From: Octopus sinensis
Lineage: Eukaryota
Length of the DNA: 64,000 bases
Assembly (NCBI RefSeq): GCF_006345805.1
Contig: NC_043013.1
Coordinates: forward strand, 41,726,001-41,790,000
Direction: 5' to 3'
The translations under genes were made by a program, and so were the position numbers. Below, piece by piece: positions 41,422 through 54,739 of the stretch (positions are counted from its first letter, which is position 1; every line of letters begins with the position of its first letter). The notes below the pieces were generated by a model. The model did not search any database and was not told where the DNA came from. It saw nothing but the letters and a program-made list of their open reading frames with translations.

Positions 41422-41942
41422 GAGTGAGAGAGCAGCGTATGCCATCAAAGTGACACTGAGTTACGAATATACGAAGCCAATATACCCATGACTACTCGTC
41501 TGATAAGAGTACATCAGGCACATGCATCACAACCATATGTGCCCGACATGGTGATCTCATATCAAGATAAACGGCGCATGACCTTGCAGGTGGGGCCCAG
41601 TTAGAATTTTTGTCAGGTCGAGTAGCCCGTCCCACTCGAAAGGTCCCTGAATAAGGGTTGTTTAAGGATGTTGAACGAAACACCCACGTTTCCAAAGGTA
41701 AATTTTCAAACTCCAAAGAGTTCTTCTTAACACATGGTTATAATGCTCCTCTCCTACTTCTGCTCGTGATCAGAGGTGCACATGTCGTCAGCCACCAAGG
41801 GACATGATTAAGGTCAAGCAACTGACAAGCAAATCTGCGGTATTGAGCAGAATATTTGCTGTAGCCCAGCCTTTTTACCAAGACAAAACATGTTCATGAT
41901 AACACTTCCAGTCAGTTAAGATAAGAAGCCATGTGGTATTAC
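41420..41942 (-). mobile_element. ~520-bp non-coding repeat embedded in (TTA)n; probable 3' UTR of a TAA-targeting LINE or a SINE dependent on it
   Basis: Bounded by (TTA)n on both sides. The sense strand ends ...CTGCTCTCTCACTCAATAATAAT. Class is inferred. Confidence 0.5.
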
Positions 41943-42027
<85 letters not shown>

Positions 42028-42052
42028 ATCGTTATTATTATGAAGATGACGA

Positions 42053-42850
42053 TAAAAGGCGACAAGCTGGCAGAATCGTTAGCACGCCGGGCAAAATGCT
42101 TAGCAGCATTTCGTCCGACTTTACGTACTGAGTTCAAATTCCACCGAGGTTGACTTTCATCCTATCAGAGTCGATAAAATAAGTAAAAGTTGAGTTCTGA
42201 GGTCGATATAATGCTCCTTCGAAATTGCTGGCCTCGTGCCAAAATTTGAAGTCAATATGATTATTATGATGATAAAGGCTGTGAGCTGGCAGAATTGTTA
42301 GCAGGCCGGGCGAAATGCTCAGCGGTATTTCGTCTGTCCTTATGTTCTGAGTTCAAATTCCGCCGAGGGCGACTTTGCTTTTCATCTTTTCGTGGTCGAT
42401 AAATAAAGTACCAGCTATGCGCTGGGGTCGATGAAATCGACTTAATTTCTTTGTCTGTCCTTGTTTGTCCCCTCTATGTTTAGCCCCTTGTGGGCAATAA
42501 CGAATTAAGAAACGTTGGCACGTCGGGCGAAATTCTTAGCGGTATTTTGTCTGTCTTTATGTTCTGAATTCAAAATCCGCCGAGGTCGACTTTGCCTTTC
42601 ATCTCTTCGGGATCGATAAATTAAGTACCAGTTACGCACTGGGGTCGATATAATCGACTTAATCCGTCTGTCTGTCCTTGTTAGTCTCCTCTGTGTTTAG
42701 CCCCTTGTCGGTTGTAAAGAAATAGGTATTTCGTCTCTCTTTGTGCTCTGAGGTAAAATTCCACCGAGAAAGAATAAGTCCTGCTCGACTAAAGACGGTG
42801 CTCCAGCATGGCCGCAGTCAAATGACTGAAGCAAGTAAACGAGTAAAAGA
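42053..42850 (+). mobile_element. Cluster of family B SINE units with a family A tail fragment
   Basis: Heads at ~42055, ~42280 and ~42503; Tx1-like tails at ~42500 and ~42722. Confidence 0.8.
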
Positions 42851-42851
42851 G

Positions 42852-42901
<50 letters not shown>

Positions 42902-42909
42902 TGTGTGTG

Positions 42910-42984
<75 letters not shown>

Positions 42985-43422
42985 GCAGACATACAAACAG
43001 ACAGACAGATAGATATTTATATGCATGTATGTATGTATGTATGTATGTATGTATGTTTGTATATCTATATGTATGTCTATGTGTGTGTGTGTCTAACTGA
43101 AAAAGTTTAGTTCTAAATTTCAACCATATGTAACTTGTAAATTAAATAGTTAATTAAAATTTTATTCGAGGTTTTAAGCGACCTTTTTTTTCTAGTACAT
43201 TGTGGGATAAACATGATTTATGATTTAACTGTAATATTATACCAAATAACTTTGGTAAGGATTCTGTGTAGTGTGGTAGAGAAGGGCGTCCCTGAGGGTG
43301 ACACCATGGGTTGCCGTACTGAATGACATCAATAATAGTGACGCCACTAGTGTATATATGTATACATACATATATATATGTGTGTATGTTTGTGTTTGTG
43401 TGTTTGTTTGTGTGTATGTGTA

Positions 43423-43466
<44 letters not shown>

Positions 43467-43669
43467 CGCCCCATACGTACATGCTTATAGAAATACATTC
43501 ATACGCACATACCTTCAGACATTCATTGGTGCATACATGCACACATTAACACATGCATATATTAATACATGCTTACATATAGACAGACAGACGGGCAGAA
43601 GGACTTACATTCCTGACTATATTCAGGCATACATCCGTACTTTTATACATCCTTACACGCATACGTACA

Positions 43670-43925
43670 TAAATGGTGCACTTAGTCAATGGCTAAGCGA
43701 CAGTATGAATGAGTCGCGATTTTCAGAAAAAGGAGTCGACCAGATATCTCGTACATTACAGATACACTTTGTAAGTGGAACAATGAAGATATGCAAGACT
43801 TACCTCAAGTTCAAAATGTGAATTTCGTTTTCTTTATTTACATTCCGGCAATGGTTTTTAGAAACCAGGTCCATCCTTGCAGGGAGATTTCGAATAAATA
43901 TAAATAGAAGAGAACGTTCAGATAC
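43670..43925 (+). mobile_element. 3' end of TACA-LINE subfamily 2
   Basis: GALSQWLSDSMNESRFSEKGVDQISRTLQIHFVSGTMKICKTYLKFKM*. Confidence 0.75.
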
Positions 43926-44289
43926 ACACAAAAATAAAGAAAGGATAAAGGCCCTTTGCGTGCCATACACTCATGGGGCTGGTTTCCCGGAGTCTGTGGC
44001 GTACATATTTCTTCCCTGGACGGAAAGCCGGTCCGTTGCAGGATTACTCGTTTTTGGCCGCTGTGTGGTTTGGGGTCACACGTTTTACTCGAGAGAACAA
44101 CGCATCGTTCAGTCTAGGAATCGAATTCACAATTTTACGATCACGAGTGTAACACACTGACCATTCAGCACACACACACATACATACATACATACATACA
44201 TGCATACATACATATATACATACATACATAATACATACATACATACATACATACATACATACATACATACATACATACATACATACATA

Positions 44290-44500
44290 CATACTGCCTA
44301 AATAGCAATCTTGAGAAATTAGGTTTCTCAAAACCAGAAAGCAGAAAGCTGATTCGAAGACTTCAGATCTAAGCCATCACTGGAGCTGTAAAAATCTGTA
44401 AAACTTTCCAGAAGTTTATCATTTAGGTTTACATGAGCATGTCTAGATATACAAATATATACATGAGAATACATACATAAAGCAAAACATACAAATCTGC
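44290..44500 (+). mobile_element. 3' end of TACA-LINE subfamily 1
   Basis: CLNSNLEKLGFSKPESRKLIRRLQI*AITGAVKICKTFQKFII*, with (TACA)n on both sides. Confidence 0.85.
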
Positions 44501-45065
44501 ATACATACATAGAAATATACATACATACATACATACATACATACATACATACATACATACATACATACATACATACATACATACATACATACATACATAC
44601 ATACTTTACGAGTTAACTAACACACATCATGATGTACTCTGTGGAGTACTTGTACGTGCTTATATGATTTAGGCCCCTTACCAGCGAGTATTCTTACCTT
44701 ACAACAAGCTTGTTGCCAGTTTTGAACACTCCGAAATAGGTTTTCCTCAAAGGATAGTTTCGCTCGATCTGGTTATATTAGTGACTATTCTTGGCGCGTT
44801 TCTCCTTTCCATATAATCATATGTGCAACCGCTGAGACCCAGTCACAAAGAAATTTCGTATTTTTATACTGCATAATGAGAGATCAATATAGAATGTTCA
44901 AGAGCGGAGGACATGCTAGGAGGTAAGATTGCTTACGTTTCTTTGATATCGTCTATTACAGGTAGGCGCTTTCCTTCAGGTCTTTTTTTTACCTTACAGA
45001 CTTGCGTCTGAAAATTACCTCGCTGAAACTAATTATAGTGTATCCTGTGGAGTACTATATATATT

Positions 45066-45097
<32 letters not shown>

Positions 45098-45344
45098 CGT
45101 GTGTATGTATATGTATATATATATATATATATACACATATATATATATACATATATATATATACATACATATAAATATATATATATATATCAATAGATAT
45201 ACACACACATATATATATATACATATATATATATACACATATATATGTATATATACGTATATATATATATGTGTGTGTATATACATGAAAAAGCAAACAA
45301 ACACATACATATGTGTGTATCCATGAATATATATACGTATACAT

Positions 45345-45397
<53 letters not shown>

Positions 45398-45471
45398 CAT
45401 GCAAAAACATACAAACACAGAAACATGTGTGTTTATCCATGACTATATACACATATACATATTCATATATA

Positions 45472-46774
45472 CAGGGTGGGTGGAAAGTAACTAGGCATTA
45501 GAAATTGGTTATAGAATTTTTAGTATCACTGAAGTCATGAAGAAAACATTCTTTTAAAAGACAACACTAATGGGGATTTTTTTAATTTTCTTATTGTCTT
45601 ATTTTTTATTTCTTATTTATTATCTTCCAGATGGCCAATCGCTTGACTGCTTCAGGATCGAGCTAAGTTAGCACGCTATGAAGTGTGGAATTCCATCGTT
45701 TTGGTTCAGAGACAGTGGTGTGCATAGAAAGGTAAGCGTGCAACATTACGTACGGAGACAATAAAAAGTTGTCATGCAAAGCTAATGACCACGGACTCTG
45801 TGAACGATGCAAGAAGTGGCCGTCCAACCACATTCCGATCAGTGGATAACGTGGCAACAGTGCAGGAAATGTTTAATTGCAGCCCACAAAACTCAACACG
45901 CCAAGCAGCACGTGATAGAGGACTAAGACACACAGTACGCACGGTGTTGCATAAAGACTCGAATTTTCGTCAGTGGAAACCCTATTATGTGCAGGAGCTA
46001 AAACCTGAAGACTGTGACCGAAGGATAGAATATAGAGGGTTAATGCTAGGTTGGCATGAAGTTTGGCCTGAATTCTTTGAAAATATCCTCTGGAATGATG
46101 AGGCTATATTCCATGCTGGTGGTTTCATCAATCGTTACAACTGCCATTACTGGGCGTCGTTTGATAAGGAAACATGACGGTTGAGAGGATGCAAGCTCGA
46201 CCAAAAGTGATCGCGTGGTGCGGAATGACGGCAACAATATTCATCGGCCCATATCTTCCGCGTGACACATGACACGGACCGCAATCTTCAGATGCTCGAA
46301 AATGACGTGCGGCCCACGGTGTCTGGCTGAGATAACATTGGTGAACTGATATTGATGCAGGATGGTGCACCACCCCATTTTACTCTTACTGTGCGTGCGT
46401 GGTGAGACCAATATTTTCCAAGACGTTGGACTTCATGAACGGCCTCCAAGATCTCACTCTATGTGATTTTTACCTGTGGGGTTACACAAAAGCGGTGCAC
46501 AAGACAAAACCTCGCACACTGGAGGACTTGGACACAAGGATTCAAGAGGTTCTCAATGATATCCCAGACGATGTCCTTTAGAAGATTGTTCGTTCCATCC
46601 CTGGCCGTTTGAGGAAACTGGTTGATGCTACCAGTGCTTACGTTGAAATATGAAGATTTACTTTTATTTTATTTTCCCATGTAGAAAAAGAACATGTATC
46701 ATTTCTTTCAATAAATTTGTAAAAGGAATATCGGTTTTATTACCAATGTTTAATGCCTACTTACTTTTCACCCA

Positions 46775-46779
<5 letters not shown>
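45472..46779 (+). mobile_element. Full-length but decayed Tc1/mariner element, DD41D (rosa/Visitor) group, ~1.3 kb
   Basis: Imperfect ~29-bp TIRs (CAGGGTGGGTGGAAAGTAACTAGGCATTA) with TA flanks. Transposase 45631-46653 has SGRP, WNDEAIFH, QDGAPPH and DLTLCDFYLWG motifs, with stops, frameshifts and a small deletion near the third D, so spacing was inferred from motif type. Confidence 0.88.
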
Positions 46780-46812
<33 letters not shown>

Positions 46813-46921
46813 TACAACCCCTTTATTCCTTTGGAATGAAACCATGTTGTCTTCGAAACATATGTCGAGAGTAAAGGAATTTTGTTAACATCTTCGTTCG
46901 ACTCCATTATTTCATTTATTC

Positions 46922-47027
<106 letters not shown>

Positions 47028-47197
47028 ATGTATGTATACTGGTAAGATGCTCAAAAAATAAAAACTAAGAAACACGGGTTCACACACACACAAACACACA
47101 CGCACGAACATAACCACAACTTACGTACGTACGTAAATACATACATACATACATACATACATACATACATACATACGTACGTATGTACATACATACA

Positions 47198-47229
<32 letters not shown>

Positions 47230-47254
47230 CATACATCCATACATACATACATAA

Positions 47255-47545
47255 AGGCACTCTGTCCATTACGACGATGAGGGTTCCAGTTGATATGATC
47301 AACGGGAACAGTCTGCTCATGAAAGTGCAAGTGGTTGAGTACTCCACAGATGCGTGTACCCTTAACATAGTTACACAGAATGTAACAAGGCTGGACCTTT
47401 GAAATACAGGAACTAGTCATTTTTGCCATCTGAGATTACTGGAGCACCGTCAAATAAAGTGTCCCGACACAACGCGCCGTCGGGAATCGAACTCATCACC
47501 TTACGATCATGAATCGAATAACGTAATCTCTAAGCCACGCTCCTT
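47255..47545 (-). mobile_element. tRNA-derived SINE (family D)
   Basis: Homologous to 59205-59518; head on the reverse strand (GTGGCTTAGAG...GAGTTCGATTCC). Confidence 0.75.
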
Positions 47546-47549
47546 CACA

Positions 47550-47810
47550 ACATACATAGGGAAGTTATCTTCTCGAGCCACACCAGTCTCATAAGGGCCG
47601 GTTTCCCGAATTCCATGGCGTATATAATCTCCACTTGGACGGGACACTGATACGTCAAAAGATGACTCATTTTCGCTTGATGAGTGGATGGGAGCAACGT
47701 CGAAGGAAGGGTTTCGTTCAAGAACACAACGCATCGCCCGATCCAGGCATCGAAACCTCAATCTTACGGTCAGGAGTTCAACACCCTTACCACTAAGCCA
47801 CACTCCTCAC
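47550..47810 (-). mobile_element. Family C SINE
   Basis: Reverse complement resembles 10830-11091. Confidence 0.7.
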
Positions 47811-48009
47811 AATATACATACATTCATACATGCATACAAATATTCTTACTAACAAATATATACAAACAATCCATACATAAATGCAAAAAAAAGAAGGACC
47901 CTCAATTATTTTTTGTTTATGGACCCCTTTGATTTCAGTTTTACTCTACGGGACCCTGGTACCCATTCAATGTTTAAAAAAATCATATATCTTCATAGTA
48001 AAATATTCT

Positions 48010-48890
48010 TTTCTACTCTAGGTACAAGGCCCGAAATTTTGGGGGAGGGGGTCAGTCGATTAGATCGACACCAGTACGCAACTGGTACTTAATTTATAGA
48101 CCCTCGAAAGGATGAAAGGCAAAGTCGATCTCGGCGGAATTTGAACTCAGAACGTAAAGACAGACGAAATACCTATTTCTTTACTACCCACAAAGGGCTA
48201 AACACAGAGAGGACAAACAAAGACAGACAAACGTATTAAGTCGATTATATCGACCCCAGTGCGTAACTGGTATTTATTTAATCGACCCCGAAAGGATGAA
48301 AGGCAAAGTCGACCTCGGCGGAATTTGAACTCAGAACGTAAAGACAGACGAAATACCTATTTCTTTACTACCCACAAAGGGCTAAACACAGAGAGGACAA
48401 ACAAAGACAGACAAACGTATTAAGTCGATTATATCGACCCCAGTGCGTAACTGGTATTTATTTAATCGACCCCGAAAGGGATGAAAGGCAAAATCGACCT
48501 CGGCGGAATTTGAACTCAGAACGTAAAGACAGGAGAAATTCTTTACTACCCACAAGGGGCTAAACACAGTGGGGACAAACAAGGACAGACAAACGGATTA
48601 AGTCGATTATATCGACCCCAGTGCGAAAGGATGAAAGGCAAAGTCGACCTCGGCGGAATTTGAACTCAGAACGTAACGGCAGACGAAATACCGCTAAGCA
48701 TTTCGCCCGGCAGACTAACGTTTCTGCCAGCTCGCCGCCTTTTTTATAATAAAATATCAATTTCTTTATTGCCCACAGGGGGCTAAAGATATTGGGGACA
48801 AACAAGAACAGGGATTAAACAAGGGATTAAATCAGTTACATCGACCGCAGTATGCAACTGGTACTTATTTAATCGACCCCGAAAAGATAA
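48010..48890 (-). mobile_element. Family B SINE tetramer (48010-48740, 184-bp period) plus an upstream partial unit
   Basis: acctatttctttactaccc recurs at 48171 and 48355, with a variant at ~48535; head at ~48740. Confidence 0.88.
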
Positions 48891-49389
48891 AATATTTATT
48901 AGGAAATGTATTTAAAAAATTGTTAAAGCATTTTGTACATTGTAAAAGCTTATTGGCCATAAAGTTTAGCAACAAAATCTTACGTGGAGCCACTAGGGTC
49001 ATATAGACCTCTGGTGGAGAACCATTGCATCCTGCTAGAATTAGCAGCCAAATTTCACTCAAGTTGCCATCTATCGTTTAAAAAAGGGATGGGGTGGGTT
49101 GGGTTGGATTAAGACGCAATCACATTGGCCAATATATAGTTTTTAAGTGTACAAGAAAAACACTGGATGTTGATGGCGGGAACGCTTTTGTAGCATCGAC
49201 TGAAGCAACATTTGACCAGGGGCTGAACAACAACAACGATAGGAACAGCAACAGCAACAGCATTACAATGTAAACTAGTAACAATAGCTACAAAAACAAC
49301 ATCAACAGCAACACAAACAACTGCATCCAAAAAAATATATAGACAAGAGCAGCGTTGGCAGTTTATCGAGGAAAAACATCTGCGGTGCG

Positions 49390-50385
49390 GCTGTGAGAGT
49401 GGTGGTGGTGGTGCTGGTGGTGGTGTTGGTGATGATGGTGGTGCTGGTAGTGCTGGTGATGGTGTTGATGATAGTGGTGGTGAATGGTGGCGGTGGTGGC
49501 GGTGGTGGCGGTGGTGGTGGTGGTTGTGGTGGTGGTGGTGGTGGTCGTCGTCGTCGTCGTGGTGAATGGTGGTGATGATCGTGGTGGTGGTGGTGCAGGT
49601 GCTGGTGATGCTGGTGCTGGCGTTGTTGTTGTTGGTGGTGGTGGTGGTGGTGGTGGTGGTGGTGGTGGTATTGATGATGGTGGAGATGGTGCTGGTAACG
49701 GAAATTGATACCGGAGGTGTAACACGACGGAGAGTTTTTCATTTTAATTCAAAGATGGCTGACATCATCGAGTATTTATTTTACGCTTCACAACCAAACC
49801 ATCCAACCCCTCCTAGCCACACCTCCCTCTACCATCACCACCAGAGACACCAAAACCACCAACATCACAACCACCACCACCGACAACACCACCACCACCA
49901 CCATCACTACAACCACCACCATCACAACCACCACCACCGCCACTACCACCACTACTACTACCACCGACACTACCACCACCACCAAAAACACCACAACTAC
50001 CACCACCACTACCACCACCGACACCACCACCACCGCCACTACCACCACCGACACTACCACCACCACCATCACTACAACCACAACCACCGCCACTACCACC
50101 ACCACCACCACTACCACCACCACCACCGCCATCATCACCACAACCACCGCCACCATCACAACGACCAGCACCACCGCCACTACCACCACCGACACCACTA
50201 CGACCACCACCGCCATCATCACCACAACCACCGCCACCATCACAACGACCAGCACCACCGCCACTACCACCATCGACACCACCACCACCACCATAACTAC
50301 AACCACCACCTCCACCACCGCTACCACCACCACCATCACCACACTCCACTACCACCCTTAACATTCACCACCACCACCACCACCA
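49390..50385. repeat. (GGT)n tract and (ACC)n tract in opposite polarity around a ~110-bp unique spacer
   Basis: 49390-49695 is G-rich on the plus strand and 49810-50385 is C-rich on the plus strand. Confidence 0.9.
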
Positions 50386-50639
50386 GTGTAAACTGGCTCA
50401 CAGAATGTTTAGTTCAATTAACGTTCTGGATTGATCTTAACAATATCTTATCTTTACACACGCCACAGGTTTCCTTCCATTAAGCGAAAATGTTGTACGT
50501 ATCTTCTTTAAAATAACAAGTCACCAATCGCTGACCTCTTTGCTGTTGAATTCGTGGATCTTTGTATGAATCTTTTTTTGCTTCTTCCACTTCCTGCTTT
50601 TCTATTTCCTCCGCCTATTACCTCACCGTCATACTTTGC

Positions 50640-51290
50640 CAACGCTCCTTCTTCTTCTTCTTCTTCTTCTTCTTTTCTTCTTCTTTTCTTCTTATTATTA
50701 TTATTATTATTATTATTATCATCATCATCATTATTATTATAATTATTATTCCTCTTTTCTTCTCTTCTTCTTCTTACTCCTCCTCCTTCTCCTTCTTCTT
50801 CCTCCTTCTCTTTCTTCTTCTTCTTCTTCTTCATCTTCTTCTTCTCCTTCTCTTCTCTTCTTCTGTTTCTTCTACTTTTTTTCTTTTTCTTCTTCTTCGT
50901 TTCCTTCTTCTCCTTCTCCTCCTTCTCCTTCTCTTCCTTTCTTTCCTTCTATTTCTTCTTCTCCTCCTCTTTCTTTTTCTTCCATTTCTTTTTTTTCTCC
51001 TTCTCCGTTTCCTTCTCTTCCTTCTTCTCCTTCTCTTCCTTTCTTTCCTTCTATTTCTTCTTCTCCTCCTCTTTCTTTTTCTTCCATTTCTTTTTCTTCT
51101 CCTTCTCCGTTTCCTTCTCTTCCTTCTTCTCCTTCTCTTCCTTTCTTCTTCTCCTTCTCCTTCTCTTCCTTTCTTCTTCTCCTTCTATTTCTTTTCTTTC
51201 ATCTTCTTCTTCTTCTTCTTCTTCTTCTTCTTCTTCTTCTCCCTCTTCTTCTCCTCCTCCTCCTCCTCCTCCTCCTCCTTTCTTCTGTTC
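50640..51290 (+). repeat. ~650-bp polypyrimidine (TTC/TCC)n tract with an internal tandem duplication
   Basis: Almost no purines on the plus strand after ~50750; the block ttccttctatttcttcttctcctcctc... occurs twice. Confidence 0.92.
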
Positions 51291-52011
51291 CGTCTTTTCG
51301 GTAAAACGACTGGAATACGGGAACACAATGGAGAGAGATCTTACGTCAGATACACGCACAATAAATAAATAAACAAATAAATAAATAAACAAGCCAGAAG
51401 AAAGGAGAACAAGCGTTACAGAACGATGAACGAGATATAACTAGAAGTAAAAAGAAAGCGAGACGCTGTATAACATTACATCAGAAGCTTGAAACGAGGA
51501 CGCTTTTCTAGGTTCAACTTGTGCTTAACAGCATGTTGATGACATACTTTCTCGCTCATTCATTCATTTACAAATACGCTCGCCTTTTACGCCCTCCTTT
51601 CTTCTTCTCTCTCTCTCTCACTTCTTTTATCTCTGTCTATCTATCTATCTTTCTGTCTATCTATCTTGCTTTCTTTCTTTCTTTCTTTCTATCTGGCTCG
51701 TTCTTTCTATCTGTTTCAGTATAATGTCTACTTGTCGGTTGACGGTTTGGTGCATTCACACTCGGGAACCGCTCTCTGTATCTGTGTTACTCGGCTCTTG
51801 TGTGTCAGTGTCTTATGTGTACGCGAGTAGGTGCGCTTGTCCATATACCTATACATACACGCATACACACATATGTATATATTTATATATCTATATCTAT
51901 ATTTAGACTTATGAAATATGTGCATATATATGTGTGTGCATGTATATATATATATATGTATGTATGTATATATATGAATATGTATGTATCTATAGATTTG
52001 TTGTTGTGGTA

Positions 52012-52053
<42 letters not shown>

Positions 52054-52166
52054 TATATATACATCTATATGTATAATGTGTACTATATGTATATATATAT
52101 AATATACTTATATATTATATATATATCATACATACATACTATATATATATATATATATATGTAGTG

Positions 52167-52198
<32 letters not shown>

Positions 52199-52761
52199 AT
52201 ATAGGGTGATAGCAGCATTAAACAGTGATGTATATAAATACAAACTTGTTACCATTTCAAATATGCTTGGGGGATATTTGCAACGTAAGAAAGACAAACA
52301 CTGTATTTTGTCATGGAGATAATTTCTCTTGTAGACAACTAGGTCAAAATACACCGAGTCAGTCCACAGTATTGCCTAACCATTTCGGTGTTGTTATCTC
52401 CTCTTCAGCTGCAGAGAGTAGAGAGGTAGGCGGAGCAAACCTGAAAACATTGCGTTAACATGTATTTTCGGAAACTTTGATTTTATTTATATTTCCTATA
52501 TTTAAATATATAATACCGTAGAAACAATTGTCGGCTTCATTAGAGGATTTCTGCAATGAAAGTTGTCTAATACTCTGAATTTCTCGAAATTCTTCTAAAT
52601 GATATTTTTATCTACTTCTCATACATGAGGAATCTCCCTGGGTGTGTACTCTACTTGAAATTATTGTTGTCTGGTTGTTGCTTATAGTTAACCAAATTCG
52701 TTTAAAATGGGTGCTTTATTGATATCTGCTGAGACTTTTAACCCCTTTTTTCTTCTTACTA

Positions 52762-52811
<50 letters not shown>

Positions 52812-52854
52812 GGACCCGGTTTTACTCGGGTTATAAACTTCAGTGCCTTAATAC

Positions 52855-52937
<83 letters not shown>

Positions 52938-53734
52938 CAGACAGATAGATACAGCGGCATCGCTACAGGTGTGAACCCCCTTCCTAAATTTGTTGCCTCA
53001 TAACTTCCAGAAAAATACTTAGATGCTGTGGATTTAGAGTATATAGGGATTTACGGGAAATAATTTTTCCGAGGGGCAGAGAGAGGAATTTCAGAAAATT
53101 CACATGATCCGAATTTTTTCACTCATAACTTTCAGGAAAATGAATATCTTGTAATGAAATTTTACACAAATGCCTTTCAAACGGCATAGATTACGATTAT
53201 AAATAAATTCATGGAGAAAATGTTTTTCGAGGTGGTGGGGAGCGGAGTTTCGGGTCAGAAAGACCAAATTTGTTTCAAACACCCCGTTTCGACGGGGATT
53301 TTCCCCATTTCTTTATAACCACAGTCTTCTAAATGTTGGGGAGGGGCATCTTTTTATGACAAAAAACTTTGAAAAATTTTTGTAGAACCCCGCTCACCCA
53401 TCATCCCACTCCAGACCGATTTTGGCCTTTTTTTTTCACTTCAAACCCATGGCAGGAGCCTTTTCGGTGAAAAAAAAAATATAAAACAAATTGCTAATAT
53501 TTTCAGAGATAAAAGTGAGTGATCTAAAGGAAATTTGGCTGTCGTTTCTAGCACATCCTAAGACAACCCATACATATTCATATATATATATATATACATG
53601 CATGCACATATGTATGCAGATATTACATAAGTCTAAATATAGATATAGATATATGTATGTATATAAATATCGTTTCATTCTCAGTCGAATGTATTGAAGT
53701 TTTTCAAGATTTTTCTCCCCATAAATACATTTAT

Positions 53735-53965
53735 ATTCTTTCTTTTCTTTAACTTGTTTCAGTCATTTGACTGCGGCCATGCTGGAGCACCGCCTTTAGT
53801 CGAGCAAATCGACCCCGGGACTTATTCTTTGTAAGCCCAGTACTTATTCGATCGGTCTCTTTTGCCAAACCGCTAAGTGACGGGGACGTAAACACACCAG
53901 CATCGGTTGTCAAGCAATGCTAGGGAGACAAACACAGACACACAAACACATACACACACATACAC

Positions 53966-53997
<32 letters not shown>

Positions 53998-54153
53998 CGA
54001 CAGGCTTCTTTCAGTTTCCATCTACCAAATCCACTCACAAGGCATTGGTCGGCCCGGGGCTATAGCAGAAGACACTTGCCCAAGATGCCACGCAGTGGGA
54101 CTGAACTCGGAACCATGTGGTTGGTTAGCAAGCTACTTACCACACAGCCACTC
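53735..54153 (-). mobile_element. Family A SINE, near complete
   Basis: Homologous to 2683-3091. Confidence 0.88.
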
Positions 54154-54739
54154 CAAATATGTGAAAAATTATGATTCTTTGGTTTTGCAACCCCACTCCC
54201 TGCCACCAATTGTTTCTGTTTATAATTCAAAATATTGGAGAGCCTAATAAGGTCATTGCTGGCATTGATCCATAGTGGGTTTTTTAAAAAGAGGTATGGA
54301 AACGATAATTCATTTTAATAGCATACTTTTCTCTTACAAAATGTTTTTTTTTAACACACACACACGGCTTCGTTTGATTGAGGTGGGGGTAAAAATTTAC
54401 ATTACAATTTTTTTTTTTTGGTTGCAATAGACCACACGTGCGTTACTTCGGTATTCCATAAAATGTGTTTAATGGAAGAAAAATATTGAAAAAAAACATC
54501 AATACATGCACCGATGTGGGAGTAAAAACGGAGGGTGGTTTGGGATGTTCTAGAAATAACAGCCAAATCTCCCTTGAAACGTACACCATTTCCTCAGAAA
54601 ATATTTACAATTTTTTTTTCTTTTACCGGAAAGTCTCTTCCCACGGTTTTTATTTCTTTCAGTAATTTATCGTAGTTGTTTTCAAATAGAGAATTAAAAC
54701 TTGAAATGAAAACATGAAAACGAAAAGTTTCGCTGTTAC

